A stretch of 64,000 nucleotides of DNA from Microbotryum violaceum (lineage: Eukaryota): NCBI GenBank assembly GCA_001244265.2, contig CDLV01000015.1:248001-312000 (forward strand), in the 5' to 3' direction. The position numbers and the translations under genes are program-made. Positions within the stretch are counted from its first letter, which is position 1. Every line of letters begins with the position of its first letter. The notes under the pieces are model-generated. The model was not told where the DNA came from and ran no database searches. It saw only the letters and a list, made by a program, of their open reading frames with translations. Positions 14,042-26,379 of this stretch are shown one piece after another.

Positions 14042-16282
14042 TCAAGCGATCTGGTGCACCTCGGTCTTCTCCATGCTGCTCGTGTCCTTCTCCCCCGAAG
14101 CAGAGGACGAAACGAAACTTGCCGTCTTGGACGGGATCGACAACCCGACCGAAGGGTAAGTCTCCCTCAACGAAGGACCCCAGTACATTAACGCCGGAAC
14201 GAAGAGCGAAGCGATCGTTGAAAGACCGGCAAAGATACCGAACGCTTTGATGGCTCCTTGAGAATTGACAAAGTCGACGATCGTGTACGAGACGGTGAAA
14301 CCCCCGATCACGCGGGCAAAGTTGATCCAAGCTGCAAGTTCACCAGATTCGGTAGGGTAGATATCAAGGAGGTATTGGTAGTAACCGGCGGTGGAGAGCA
14401 TGATGGAGAAGACGTAGATGCCCCAGGCGAGACTGATGAGCATGTAATGGTAGTGATGTTCGAAGGCGAAGCCGATCAGGACGAGACCCAAGAGGCAGAA
14501 TGGGTACGCCATGAGGTTGACGATCAGACGGTTCTCGGGCTTCCAGACACCGTGGTTCCTCTTGAGGGTCCACTCTTGGATACGGGGGTTGATGACGTGT
14601 GCGGCCGCTTCTCCGAGGATCGTAGCGACGACAGGGGTAAAGTAAAAGAGAGCGATTTGCTTGTCGCCGAAGCCGTACAGGGGGACGAGGAAGATGGGCA
14701 AAGTGGTGTTGATACCAACAACCCTGGGTTTGGGAGAGAAGTGGGAGAAGAAGTCAGCTAAGAGATTCCCAAGCCGTTCAGATCGCCTAGCGCCTTGAAC
14801 TCACCAAGCAAAGTTAAGACCGAACGAAATGCAGACGGCCAACACAGGAGGCTTGATCAAAGCTGCAAACATGCGGTACCAAGCCTCGTAAAGCGTGTAC
14901 CTCGTCGACGAGCCCTTGGGTCGCCCGATACCGGTCATCCTCGCGAGTCGTCCACCGGTGAGGGGTTGGTTCCGTTCGGGTATTTCGCGGTTGTACCATG
15001 TCTCGTCGACGAAGAGGACGACGCCGAGGAAGGCCAAGGCGCACAACATCGAGTAAGAGCCGAAGGACCAGTGCCAGAGCTTGATGTTCTCGGAATTCGA
15101 GGAGAGGATCGCGGCAGAGATGATGGGACCGACGTAAGGCGAAAGAATGAAGAAACCTGATTCGATGCATAGAGCGGCAGGCGTCAGTCCAGGAGTTCGG
15201 CTTCTGAATCTACGTGGAAACCGAACCACGACTCACCGGACCATATGTTGACCTTCCTGACTTGGGAGTGGAAGAAGTAGATATCCCTGACGATAATCAA
15301 ACCGGTGGCCTGGCAAGGGGCAGAGAAGAAGCCTTGCAAGATACGGGCGGCGAAGAAGGTCTTGAAATCGGGGGCGGCGGCACAGAGCACGGCGAAGATG
15401 ACTGAGAGCCCCAACATCCAGAAAGCGACGGGCAAGCGGCCGTACACGTTCGACAAGGCGACGGCAAATATACCTCCGGCACCCAACATGAAGACCTAAG
15501 GGAGCCAGAATGACGCGGATGTCGCCGGTTAGTCTCTCGAAATCTCGCCTGACGCCGGAGCTGGCGCAGCAAACTGTGCTTTTCGGGTCTGAGCACTTAC
15601 GTTACCGGCTTGCGAATGGTTGACATAGTTGGGCGAAAGGCCCCAATCGATACCCTGGGGAATCAGAGTTGTCGCACCTGTGTGTGTGCGTGAGAGAAAG
15701 AAAGAGAGAGGAAATGCGGCTCCGGTCAGTGATGTTTCCGCGATATAGGAGGCCAATGTCTTTTGGGTTCGCCGAGTCTGGCCGAACGGCCCCGAAGGGG
15801 AAGGCATCAACTAACCCGTTGCAGATCCCTGCAAGAGAGAAAGAATATGTCAGCATGGATTGTAGGCACATGCAGAGAGTCTGAGGCCGAGCGAAGCTAT
15901 CGGCAAGCCGCGGCACGAGTCCCGTCACTGAAGAGGTGCTGCGGGTTTTGTCACGCGCGAAAGCGACGACTGCCACTCGCCGCCGCTCGGAGCGCCTCAA
16001 ATCAAGTCTTGGGTTCACCAGGAGTAGAGGGAAGAAAGAACGTACGTAATCGGGCGAGGTGGCGGCAAAGGAGATGGCGATGAGCGTGGCCCACTTCTTG
16101 CCTTCGGACCAGTTCAAAGGGTTGCGAGGGTTATCGTCTGGTTGAGGGATGAGGATGTGGTGCCCGTCGGCGGAGTGCTTTAACCGATGCAGGACTTCGG
16201 CGTCGACGTGCTGCTGCTGAGCGGTCGCTTCGTCGAGCTCGTCGTCGCGCACAACCCATTGCTTGGCTGCTGAAGAAGACAT
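14042..16282 (-). CDS. Major facilitator superfamily transporter, HOL1-like
   Basis: LIPQPDDNPRNPLNWSEGKK, GNVFMLGAGG, YGRLP, AARILQG, DIYFFH, PYVGP, DETWY and WKPENRL, with many TM helices; includes a 13-nt exon (GSATG). Confidence 0.92.
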
Positions 16283-17242
16283 GGTGTTGGGTGGTGTTGG
16301 GAGTTGTCGAAGGTCCAAGAGGCAGTAGAGGTTTGGACGAATGGGCAGGACAAGGATGAGGAAAAGAAGAAGGAACAGAGAAAGGGTGTAATGGCAAAGG
16401 CTTGACTCGCCGAACGATATGATCCCATGCCTTGTAAATCGTTTCCCTAGATCTGAAGTTGCTCGGTTATGAGACCATCCCACTTCTTCTCCCCCCGTGG
16501 GCGATCTATATTTAGTGGGGCGCCGGGGCTCAAAGCACAAGCGGGCGTCGGGCGCGCAATGGTAACCGTTGTCCGCGGAGGGCCTGCGCGTTGGTAGCTT
16601 CCAATTTTGGATTTGTGTGGGGCAAGACAGAGGAAGGCGGAGTAGCGGTTCATGCGGAGGCCCGGTTCCTGGGGTAAGGGCCAAGAAGGTCAGGCTCATC
16701 CAAGCAAGTCTCGGATTTACAAATGAACAGAAGGAAGGTCAATTCGGTTAAACGTGGATCCAGTTCGAACACCGGCGATGGCCGCTGCCTTCTGCCTCCC
16801 GGCCACAGCTGATACCCTCTAAAATCTGCGTCACGTGCCGTGTGAAACCTGACTGCGGTGATTGTCCATGACCAATCGCTTGTTCAATGTGGGTTTGAGA
16901 CCTGTTCCCCTCACTTCGGGGACACCGTCGAGACGTTGAGGTCGATGGAACTTCCCCAGATCAAATTTGAAAGAGGGGCAAGCGCCCACTGCTGCTGATC
17001 TCGTGACACCGAGCTTGTAGAGCGGGTCAGGGTTCAGCCTGGTGACATGGTGTTTCGGCGTAAGAAGTCGCGGACCCCTCATTCCATTCTCTTCACTCGT
17101 TAATAAGTGATTCGGACTGTTGACCGCTCGTCAGGAGCATGGCGCTCGCCACTGGATGCCCTCGTGCTGAAAGTCTGTTCGGTGTTCGTGGGCGATCTTC
17201 CGCCCTCTAACTGTTGGCGCAACGACGAGCATTGGATTATCC

Positions 17243-17336
17243 TATATAAGCTTCCTCAAATCATACGAGCGTAGCTATATGCTTCCTCAAATCATACGAG
17301 CGTAGGTAAAAGCTTCTTTGAATCATACGAGCGTAG
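17243..17336. repeat. ~31-bp tandem repeat x3 (GCTTCCTCAAATCATACGAGCGTAG core)
   Basis: Three near-identical units abutting the stop codon of the LYR-like gene. Confidence 0.9.
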
Positions 17337-18484
17337 TCATTCGTCCCTTGCTAACCACCTCCCGGCCGGCCCCTGTGTCTTCCGACTCTCCAACGGCGCC
17401 GAGTTTTCCCCCGTCCGTCGGGGATCTATCGTCCCGTATCCCGCTCTAGCCCTGCCCGAAATCTTGGCGACTCGCGTCGCGCGGTCTTGCATCTCCTTTG
17501 GCGTCTTTATCTGTGGATGATTAGCAACAGTATGGTGTAATATTAGTTCGCTGTTTCGTCGCTCCAACTCCAGTCCGAAAGGAACGGAAGTTCTCTGGGG
17601 CTGCCCGACGGCCACTGACCTCGTTGATCATCGTCTCCTTCTGGGCCTTGCCCTTCCAAGTCTCCCACAAATCTGACCATTCCCTAGCCCAAACCTGTTC
17701 CTCACCCCTACCCTTACCCTTCACGCTCCCCTCCCCTTCACCACCCTGAAGCACGTCCCTCTCGAACCGATCCTCGTCCCTTCCATCCTCACTCCAAATC
17801 TTGACCTGCTCACTCTCCAACCATCTCTTGGCGATCTTCTTCCTCCTCTCATGAATCATAGCGCCCAACCTCCAAGGCTGGGGTTTCAAACGAGGTAAAG
17901 GAGGGTGATAAGGTTGGGCTTGAAGGATACCTCTTGTGAGACGGGGTTTAAGAGGGGGTGGTGGTGGGGTAAGGATTTTGTGGGGTTTGGAGAGGGATAT
18001 GTGCTCGATGAGAGAGTGGAGACGGGCGGAGGAATTGGGGGAGGTGGATTGTGTTTCGAGTAGGTCGAGTAGCTATGTTTTTTTTAAAAGGAAGAAACCA
18101 TAAACACAATTCCAAGAAGGATCAGTTCCCGACTAGGTAAAGTTTCCTGAACCCGAACGAATTCCCGAGCGCTGCCCGAGAGAAAGTAGCAAAGTTGATG
18201 AGTGAAAAACGTACCTCGTATCCCTTGCGCAACTTGTCCCCAATCTTGTCCCTGCCGGTCAACTTGGTCGACCTCCTGAATTCTCTCTTGACATAAGCCC
18301 TCAACACACCCGACTCGATTGCAGGATGGATCTGGACGGAGGAGAGTCGGAGGAGGGGTCGATAGAGGGACCAGAGAGTCGGGATGCGGTGTAAGGGGGA
18401 GTTGATGAGTTGATGCGTTGAGGGCGAGGGAGGGAGACGGAGACGGGGACGGGGACGGGGACGGGGACGGGGACGGGGTGGCAT
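17337..18484 (-). CDS. LYR-motif-like mitochondrial protein (3 exons)
   Basis: Arg/Pro-rich N-terminus (GGGGAC hexamer repeat), HRIPTLWSLYRPLLR...VKREFRR LYR-like motif, PPLPRLKPQP; canonical introns join the ORFs. Confidence 0.7.
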
Positions 18485-18840
18485 CGCGTAAGGGCGAGTG
18501 GTGGTGGGGGTGGAGCGAGTGAGAGGAAGAGGCTAATAAGCAGAGGAGAGTGATCGCATGTGATCGCGCGAGACTTGTGTACGAAACGCTTTGGGTTCTC
18601 GTCTGCTTCGGCTTTTGCCTTCTTGCCCTATTATTCCCTACCATTCTCTTTCTACAAGATCCTGTGTACTCTCAATAGTCCACACGAGGTCGGCCCAAGT
18701 CAAATCTCACCCGATGGACTGTGTGCGCTAAGCAGATTGATCGACTAGGCCGGAGGTCGTCTGGAAGGTCCAGTCAGGGACTCCAGTTTCAGACAACCCG
18801 CACTCTTGAATTGACTTTTCCGAACAAACCTCCCCTCAAG

Positions 18841-19946
18841 ATGGTTTCGACTACAACAAATCGTCGTTCCAACATCGGAGCGTCATCACAAGCTTCCACT
18901 CCGGCGTCGACCTCCGACTCCCCGGCAGCCAGCTCACCCGCTTCGCAGGCAACTTCAGCGGTCACCAGCCATCAGCCACGAGCTATCACAGAGGACAGGG
19001 AAAGTATCGACCAGGAGCGAGCGAGAGCCAGTGGTACAGCGTCTTCGTCGACATCACGAGCGAATGGCCGTGTCGAGCCTACCCCCACCACCACCTCGAT
19101 CTTGACCTCCACTTCCAGCGGTATCTTTCCCGCGACCCCCAACGCAACCCGCTTCGCCCCCTCGCAACAACCGCCTTCCTCCAAAGCTCTAGGCAAGCGG
19201 CGTCAAAGCTCTCCCGACGCCTCCTCCCTCCCCTCCCCAACATCCCTCTCCCTCTCCCTCGGCACCTCCACCTCCCAACCGCCCCGACCGGATCGTAAAG
19301 GCGGTCGCAAGCGCATCAAACCCTCCCGAGACCAAACCCACTCCATCAACGGGCCCAAACTAGCCCCCGGTGCAGGCATCAGATCCAAAAAGAGGAACGT
19401 CGTACTTGCGGAAGAACAAGCTTCGAAGGATGGGAGTAAACCTTCGGCGATGGTGCTTAAGGATCGGAGGAAGGAGTTTTTGAAAAAGATTAGGGAAGCG
19501 AAGGGGGTTGAGGAGGAGGAGAAGGAGGAAGAGAATTGGAGTGTTGAAAAGATGTGAGCTTGACTTGTCCTATATGGGATGGGAGGCTGTACGAGTGGGT
19601 GAATCGAAAAAAAAAAGCTGATTCTTTCATTGTTAAAATTTTAATTTTCCAGACGCTCGATCAAGGCATCTCTTTTGGAACAGATCCAAACCGAATTGGA
19701 CCAAATTCAACAAGAGTACAAGATACTCACAGACGAATTGGTCAAGGCCCAAATCGAGGAAAGCGTTTGGAACAACGTCAAAAAGGAAACGCTGGTCAGT
19801 TCTGGTGTCCTTTACCGCTTCCGACAGCGGCTCAGTGCTCTGATAACCAACCCTGGCATTCCTCTTGACAGGCCGAAAGAACTCATCTGAGGTATTTGAA
19901 CAAGGGCCAATTGATGAATCTGTTGACGAACCCGAGGCCGACCTAG
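18841..19946 (+). CDS. Hypothetical Ser/Thr-rich protein with C-terminal coiled coil (3 exons)
   Basis: ATG at 18841; GTGAGC..CAG and GTCAGT..CAG introns give a continuous frame through LEQIQTELDQIQQEYKILTDEL to TAG at 19944-19946. Confidence 0.65.
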
Positions 19947-20324
19947 AGGCTAGAGGCTAAGTGCGTTGCCGGCGCACTGGCAGTGGCCACCGTCACTTTG
20001 CCCGACCGAGATCGATTGGAGTGGTGCGCCTGGCGCACGTGCTTTTCTCTAGAGTGACGGTGGTTAAAGTCGGGCAGATGGCCTCGGGACGTCCATTCAG
20101 TTCGTGAATGTGTTGTAAAAGAAGCAGTAAAACTCAAAATTGAGATGATGCAGTACATCGCCCCTTTGAGCAACTCTTTCAAAACTCGATCGAATTTGCG
20201 CTTCGGCCGGTTTCTGACGCGTCGTCATCGACTTGCGCGCGGGCTGTCATCGTCGCGAAGTGCAGATCACTTCCTGCTCTCTCTGCACCCCGGATCCCGC
20301 CAGCGATCCGACCCTGGCCCAATC

Positions 20325-21872
20325 ATGCACCCAACACCACTCCGGCTCCTACGCCAATCGACTGTGGCCCATTTCCACCCGTCCACGCTATCGCACCTCA
20401 AACTGCTCGCCTTGCCCCTAACCCGTCTCCCGACCAAAGACCATTCCCCCTCTTTCCTCCTCCAAGCCAAACGACTTCAACCTATACCTTCCGACTCCCC
20501 CTCGGCCCAATCACCCACATCAAGGTCCTCATTGGGGGAGGGTAAGAAGGAAGTGGGCAAGAGGCAGTTGTCGTATTTGACGAGGGCGACATTATGGGCC
20601 AGTGGGACGTGGGAAGGCTTCGGCAAGGCGGACGAGGGGACTTGGAAGAGGAGAGCTTATGTAGGTTCTTCTTTTTGTGGGGTGATGAGGTGTTGAAGCT
20701 TGCTGATGGCGTGGTTTGGGTTGGGTTGGGTTGGCTGGTAGGTTATTGGAGCGAGGTTCATGGACAAGATCGAGTTCGAGGTGAGCGATCGTCAAAACGA
20801 CACATCTCACAGCACGAAGATCCTTACGGGAGACACTGCGAGAGCTTGTATTGACTTTTAATCATCTTCCACAGGAATGGGCATTGAAAGCGATCGACCC
20901 CGCCCTATCCCCTAAACCGTGGGCAGCCATCAAAGCAGGTTCCGACGGTGTCGCCGCAAGAAGACAAGAAGACAAAGTACGCCAGCGTCGCCAACTATAA
21001 ACCAAACGAGGAATTCCAACTGATTCTGCATTGCGATGGTACGCATGTCGTACAGGTCTCGGTGATCTACCCTTCGTCGATCCTCAAAGAGTCAGAGTTG
21101 AAAGAGTCGCTACGGAAGCAGTTGGACCATCGGGAACCGTTGCATAAGAAGGCCATGTACAAATGCATATTGTGAGTTTGGTGATCAGAGAGAAGAAAAG
21201 TCTGCGCTGCGTTGGGATGAGGCTGATGTAGACCGTTCGCATTCGTTGGACAGATTCGCACCCTTGACTTTTCCATTCGCGATCATTCCGGTCGTACCAA
21301 AGTGAGCTGACATTCGTGCGACTGGTTGCACCAATGAGGCATATTGCTGATTCGATTGAGCGGATCTCGTCTCTCACAGCTTCCCGTAAGCTTCGTTGAA
21401 CGCGGATGTGTTGCAGTCATATACCGTCTACTCACTCTCGAGCCTCCCTTGTCTTTCACCTCCGCGCAGTCTCTTCTACGTTCTCTGGCGAGCATGGTCG
21501 CATTACCGAGGTAAGCTCGACATCAGTATATCACGCCGAGATAACTCAGCTCACAAGAAACGTTCCCCCCTTTGTTTCAAAACAGCGTGGAAAGCCTCCC
21601 AATACCTCTCGACCCTCCTCTCCACCTCGCAGTTATCCCTAACCCCCTCCAAAGAACTTGACAAAATTTATTCCTCCCCCTCCCCAACTTCCCCAACTTC
21701 ATCGGAGAACCAAGTCGTCCTCACCATGTCCAAAGTTCCCGAAATCGTTCGAACGTTCGGTTTGTCGGGTGAGGAAGAGGGCGAGTTGAAGAGGGCTGTC
21801 GTACAGTGCGAATTGAGGCTTAAACAGTTGAATGGGGAGGGCGAGGCAAGACAAGCGGGGAAGAAGGAGTAG
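20325..21872 (+). CDS. Mitochondrial K+/H+ exchange-related protein (Mit_KHE1 / YDL183C-like)
   Basis: WEGFGKADEGTWKRRAY, MDKIEFEEWALKAID, HREPLHKK, FYVLWRAWSHYR, LKRAVVQ. Confidence 0.85.
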
Positions 21873-22034
21873 GATGGTTGAGGGAATTTGAAGGCGCGGA
21901 GTAAAGATGGGTTTTGGGATAGTCTTATTGAAGCGATATAGAGTGTTCGTTCTGAATACAAAGGTTGAGAGAGATACCACATAGCAGATCATTAGATGCC
22001 TTCCTCGAGACGGGACAGGCTCGAGTTATGTTGA

Positions 22035-22350
22035 ACAGTGTCAGAGTCAGGGAGGGAAATAACAATGAAGAGATAGAACGAAGAAGAATGGAAGATCTAC
22101 CCAACGTTGTACCACAGTGTCAGAGTCAGGGAGGGAAATAACAATGAAGAGATAGAACGAAGAAGAATGGAAGATCTACCCAACGTTGTACCACAGTGTC
22201 AGAGTCAGGGAGGGAAATAACAATGAAGAGATAGAACGAAGAAGAATGGAAGATCTACCCAACGTTGTACCACAGTGTCAGAGTCAGGGAGGGAAATAAC
22301 AATGAAGAGATAGAACGAAGAAGAATGGAAGATCTACCCAACGTTGTACC
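22035..22350. repeat. 79-bp tandem repeat x4, identical copies, formed from an LTR terminus
   Basis: Units start at 22035, 22114, 22193 and 22272. Confidence 0.97.
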
Positions 22351-22863
22351 GCACAGGATTCAGCGTCGATAGCACTTTGAGCTTTGAGTGCGCGTGCGTG
22401 GAAGATGAAGATTGGGAAGCGAAGTGCAAAGATGGAATGCTATTCGGGTCAAGGTGTGGGAACACTATGGATCTAATATTACAATTGACGAAAGAAGGAG
22501 AGAGAGAGAGAAAGGTTACGAAGAGGGACTAAATACTCCGGCCACCGGATATCGATCTTCTATTTGCCGAGCCGGCACGTACGTTGAATGGTTTGTTCGC
22601 ACATTGTTCGCATCCGGAGGGGGAGCCGCAATGTCCCGGGCAAGTAGTTCGCATCCGGAGAGGGAGCCATAATGTCGCGGATGAGGGGCTCGGATGAAAG
22701 GTGGCATCCGGAAAGGGTACCGTGATGTCTCGGATGAGAGGTGGCATCGGAAGGGGGTACCGTGATGTCTCGGGATGAGAGGTGGCATTCGGAGAGGGTA
22801 CCGTGATGTCTCAGATGAGGAGTTCGGGTGAATGATGGTTGCTTGAAGATCTTGACTATGGCA
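22039..22863 (-). mobile_element. LTR remnant, probably a 3' LTR with adjoining polypurine tract
   Basis: On the minus strand it starts TGCCA (the partner copy has TGTCA) and ends TGACA. It is immediately preceded by the purine tract AAAAGGAAGGGGAG (22877-22864). It carries ~33-bp internal subrepeats and is homologous to 23039-23538. Confidence 0.7.
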
Positions 22864-23038
22864 CTCCCCTTCCTTTTACCTCAAACGTCCTCGGTTGAGT
22901 CCTGATGGCAGACCAGTTGCTGCAAGATGCCTTGAACGCGAACCCAGGGCAGTGGGTTGAAATTCACCAAAGTGACTCACCAACCCCTCTACGCTCCATT
23001 TCATCGCTTGTGATTCAGTAATCCAGACCGAGTGGATC

Positions 23039-23538
23039 TGTCATAGTCAGGATCTTCAAGCAACCCCCTCTCACCCAAATTCCTCATCCAAGACATCACG
23101 GTACCCTCTTCCGGGTGCCACCTCGCATCCGAAGACATTACGGTACCCTCTTCCGGATGCTACCTCTCATCCGAAGACATCGCGGTTCCCTCTCCGGATG
23201 CGAGCAATGTGCGAACAAACCATTCAATGTACGTGCCGGCTCGGCAAATAGAAGATCCGGTGGCCGGAGTATTTAGTCTCTCATCGTAGCCTTTCTCTCT
23301 CTCTCCTTCTTCTTTCTTCAGTTGTAATATTCGATCCATAGTGTTCCCACACCTTGACCCGAATAGCATTCCATCTTTGCACTTCGCTTCCCAATCTTCA
23401 TCATCTCCCACGCACGCGCACTCAAAGCTCAAAATGCTATCGACGTTGAATCCTGTGCGGTACAACGTTGGGTAGATCTTCCATCCTTCGTTCTATCCCC
23501 TCATTGTTATTTCCCTCGTTTGAGTCTTGACTCTGATA
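23039..23538 (+). mobile_element. Second LTR of the same family, inverted relative to 22039-22863
   Basis: TGTCA...TGATA termini, TATTTA followed by a CT-rich tract and TTGTAAT. Its reverse complement aligns with about 22276-22863. No TSD found. Confidence 0.7.
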
Positions 23539-23739
23539 TAGACAGCGATTAGACCAGGTCAGATTCCAGTCAAAACGCACAAGAAGAACAAAGCATCTGG
23601 TGGCGGCGTTGCATGCTTCCAAGACAGAAAAGGCTCATTGTCGACTCCAAAGGTGCAACACGACCGCAAGCGAGCTAGCTCGACCCCCTGTCCTCGACCT
23701 CGGTTGAGCAATTCCGAACGTTCGACGACTTGTTTGTAC

Positions 23740-24700
23740 TCCTGCGAATCGCGGCCTCGTACAGGATGAGAATCAGAGTTAGATCGGGCACCTGTAGTGG
23801 GAAGTGGTCTTTCTGGATACAGCCCGAGGCGTATTACCGCAGCCTATGCCGGGTATGCTTCTGGCTCGAACTCGAAAGCGAATTCCCTCTCAGAGCACAA
23901 ACGTCCCCCGAAATCGATCCATGATTCGATTGACCTGCGAAAGCAACACACACGCGATCAGCTGTTGGTCCTGCGCGAAGTCTTCCATGAGGTTGAGGAT
24001 GGAAGTTGAACCTTGGAAATCGTTCAAGACCCCGTGGATTCACCTTGAGCGTTTCGAGGTGAGAGTGCGGTGAGACTCCATCGTCGTGTTCTCGATTGAG
24101 TCAATGAATGAGCGAGGCCGAGAATTGGATCAACAGACACCTTAATCCGACTACTGCTTCGCTTGGTGAGTTCCGTAGCTGCACGCTCGAAAGGAGTAAT
24201 TGAAAGAAATCGCGGAGTAAAGGGACGATCGCGTCCGTGTCTGAAGGTAGCTCTCTCGGACACGGAGTACGGCCGGGAACCGCACTCCTCCGAGCGTACC
24301 GAACCTTCCGACGTCGCCTGATGCCGAGATTAATTGGCGCGCGAACACTCGAAGGACATGTGCAGAGACTAGAGTAGAGGTCGTAGTACGTCACAGCCTT
24401 GTATCTCAGGCACTTCAGAGACACTGCGTTAGAACTGAGGCAGCGACGTTCGAAAAAATGCTCAAAGTGCTCGGATTGACTTGGGCGGGCGCAAGAGCGG
24501 AATTCCTGCGCGTCAGGCTCAGCTCCTTGACGGTCGGCATGACGAGCTGAGCCAAGAGTTGATCAGTATTTGAATGATGGGCGATGTCGAAAGCGAAGCT
24601 TGGGAAGGAAGAGCAGAATTTCGACGTCAGACGGGTTGAGAGCGCGAGTCCTGCAGTGGAGGCATCAAGTTCCAAGGTTGACAAGCTCTGCAATGACGAG
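23740..24700 (-). pseudogene. Degenerate coding relic of unknown family
   Basis: Protein-like fragments (LSTLELD..LVMPTVKELSL; IHGVLNDFQGSTSILNLMEDF) broken by stops and frame changes. Confidence 0.3.
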
Positions 24701-26379
24701 GGTCGGCTCTTACTCGGAGAAGCGGTCAGCCAAATAATCCGAGCTCCTTATTGGAATCGGATGGTTGATCGCACGTTACCGTTTCTGTCATATGAGTGAT
24801 GCAGGCGGAAGCTAGGCGCGCGGGTGCTTAGGCTGGAGTGTGGGCGCACAGCTGAGGGTTGGCTGAGGCCAGGTGGATGGCTGGATTAGGAAGGAGGTTC
24901 GCTTAGCGACAGAGGCTTTTCTTAGTTGCATCTTGGGGCTACTCTCTTGTTCTTTTTCGCATCACTTGATCTGACAACTTCGTGGTCCTGACTTTGGCGT
25001 GTTATCACAACGCATCTCTGCGCCACTTAGGAGCGCGAGACTATCAAATTCACAACAGTTTCCACTTTGGAGATTCTTGATCGCGATCTCGTCAAAGACG
25101 ACGTTGCCTGCGCGCTGAGTAAGCTGGTGGAAGCGGCGTTTGAGAATTGACCACGATGTCCCCTATGTCAGGGAACGAGGTGTATTCATAGCCCTACATG
25201 ATAGCTGCTACGACGATTTGCCGAGATACCTGCCTGCCATTTCCTTCCGTCGTACAAAAAGTTGAGTGCTTGTCTGGCGATCAACTATAAACTCGCTGAC
25301 AACCGTCGTGCAGGGTGTCCCTCCACGCTTGACAGACCAGTGCGCCGGCTTCAAGTTTGAGCGAATGATGGTACAATGATCGCGCGGTGCCGACACCGGA
25401 CCGTAGGGATTTATCCACTTCTCTTGATAAACTGCGAAGTAGGCATCGAAGCGACATGTTCGGCGATAGTGACAGATCTTCCGGAGGGAGGGTCCGCCAT
25501 GCGGAGACCGTCGAAGGGCCCATGATCGCTGATCGAGGTGTTGACGGACTTTGACCGTGGAGCGAGCCATCAAGGTGTATTGAGGACGATGGTTGACTTG
25601 CTCTGGGTTCTCTCTATTGGAAACACCGTGGGTCCGGTCTTTTTGTCGACATGGGAACGGAGTCGCATGGTGTGACGTTGCGAGACGTTGAAGGGGCGTC
25701 GGCTGCGCGCAAGCGGACGCGTGCCCCACAGCAACGTTTCAAAGCGATGAATTTTCGGACAACTTTTTGCTTCAATCTCAACCGTGAAGGGTGGCTCTAC
25801 AGCGGCTAGCGAAGCGCTTTGAAGCACATAAGGGACAAGGGAAGCATAAGCCTGGTGTAGCTGGTCCCAACTCCTCTGTACAGTCAGCGCTTGAGTCTGG
25901 ATGTTGAACCCATTCGCCGAGCCCGGTTTGCCGAGGAGAACCGCCGAGTCCGCCAGCGGACTAGACCTGCTAGGCTTTTGAACCGAAGCCAGAGAGAATA
26001 CCTCCGAAACATAACTTTTATCTCGAAAGACGCAATTTTCCAGACAATCAAACTTTTGACAGCATACTCGATGGCCCTTACTTGGCCCGACTCTGGACTC
26101 GCCACTGCTGATGGCGCGCCTCCCGGCCTCTCGTGGCCAGCCTGTCTCGGCAGTCGTGTGCACGCGCGGCGCTCGTCACTGGTTGTCGACCGCCATCGTT
26201 GCCGTCAGCGCTCGCCTACCGGCCAGGCTACACGCGTCCGCTGCTTGGCCTTCCTGAAGCTGATCGCCAAGCACGTTCACTTCCTACCTGCCCCGTTGGA
26301 AAGAAACGACAGGGCGTAGGACGAGGCCGATCAATAGCGTGGAGTGCTCAGCAGAGCTGACCAACGAACGACCAGCCGA

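Noticed and set aside
16283-16500. Polyamine-sensing PS* uORF as in yeast HOL1
   Set aside because: The upstream ATGs give MVS* and a long overlapping frame; no uORF ending Pro-Ser-stop was seen.
22035-22350. 79-bp array (and the 39-bp array at 57462) as CRISPR
   Set aside because: Head-to-tail identical units with no unique spacers, no cas genes, and a eukaryotic context.
25208-26319. Overlapping 140-200-aa ORFs upstream of ULP2
   Set aside because: No domain signature or consistent exon structure.
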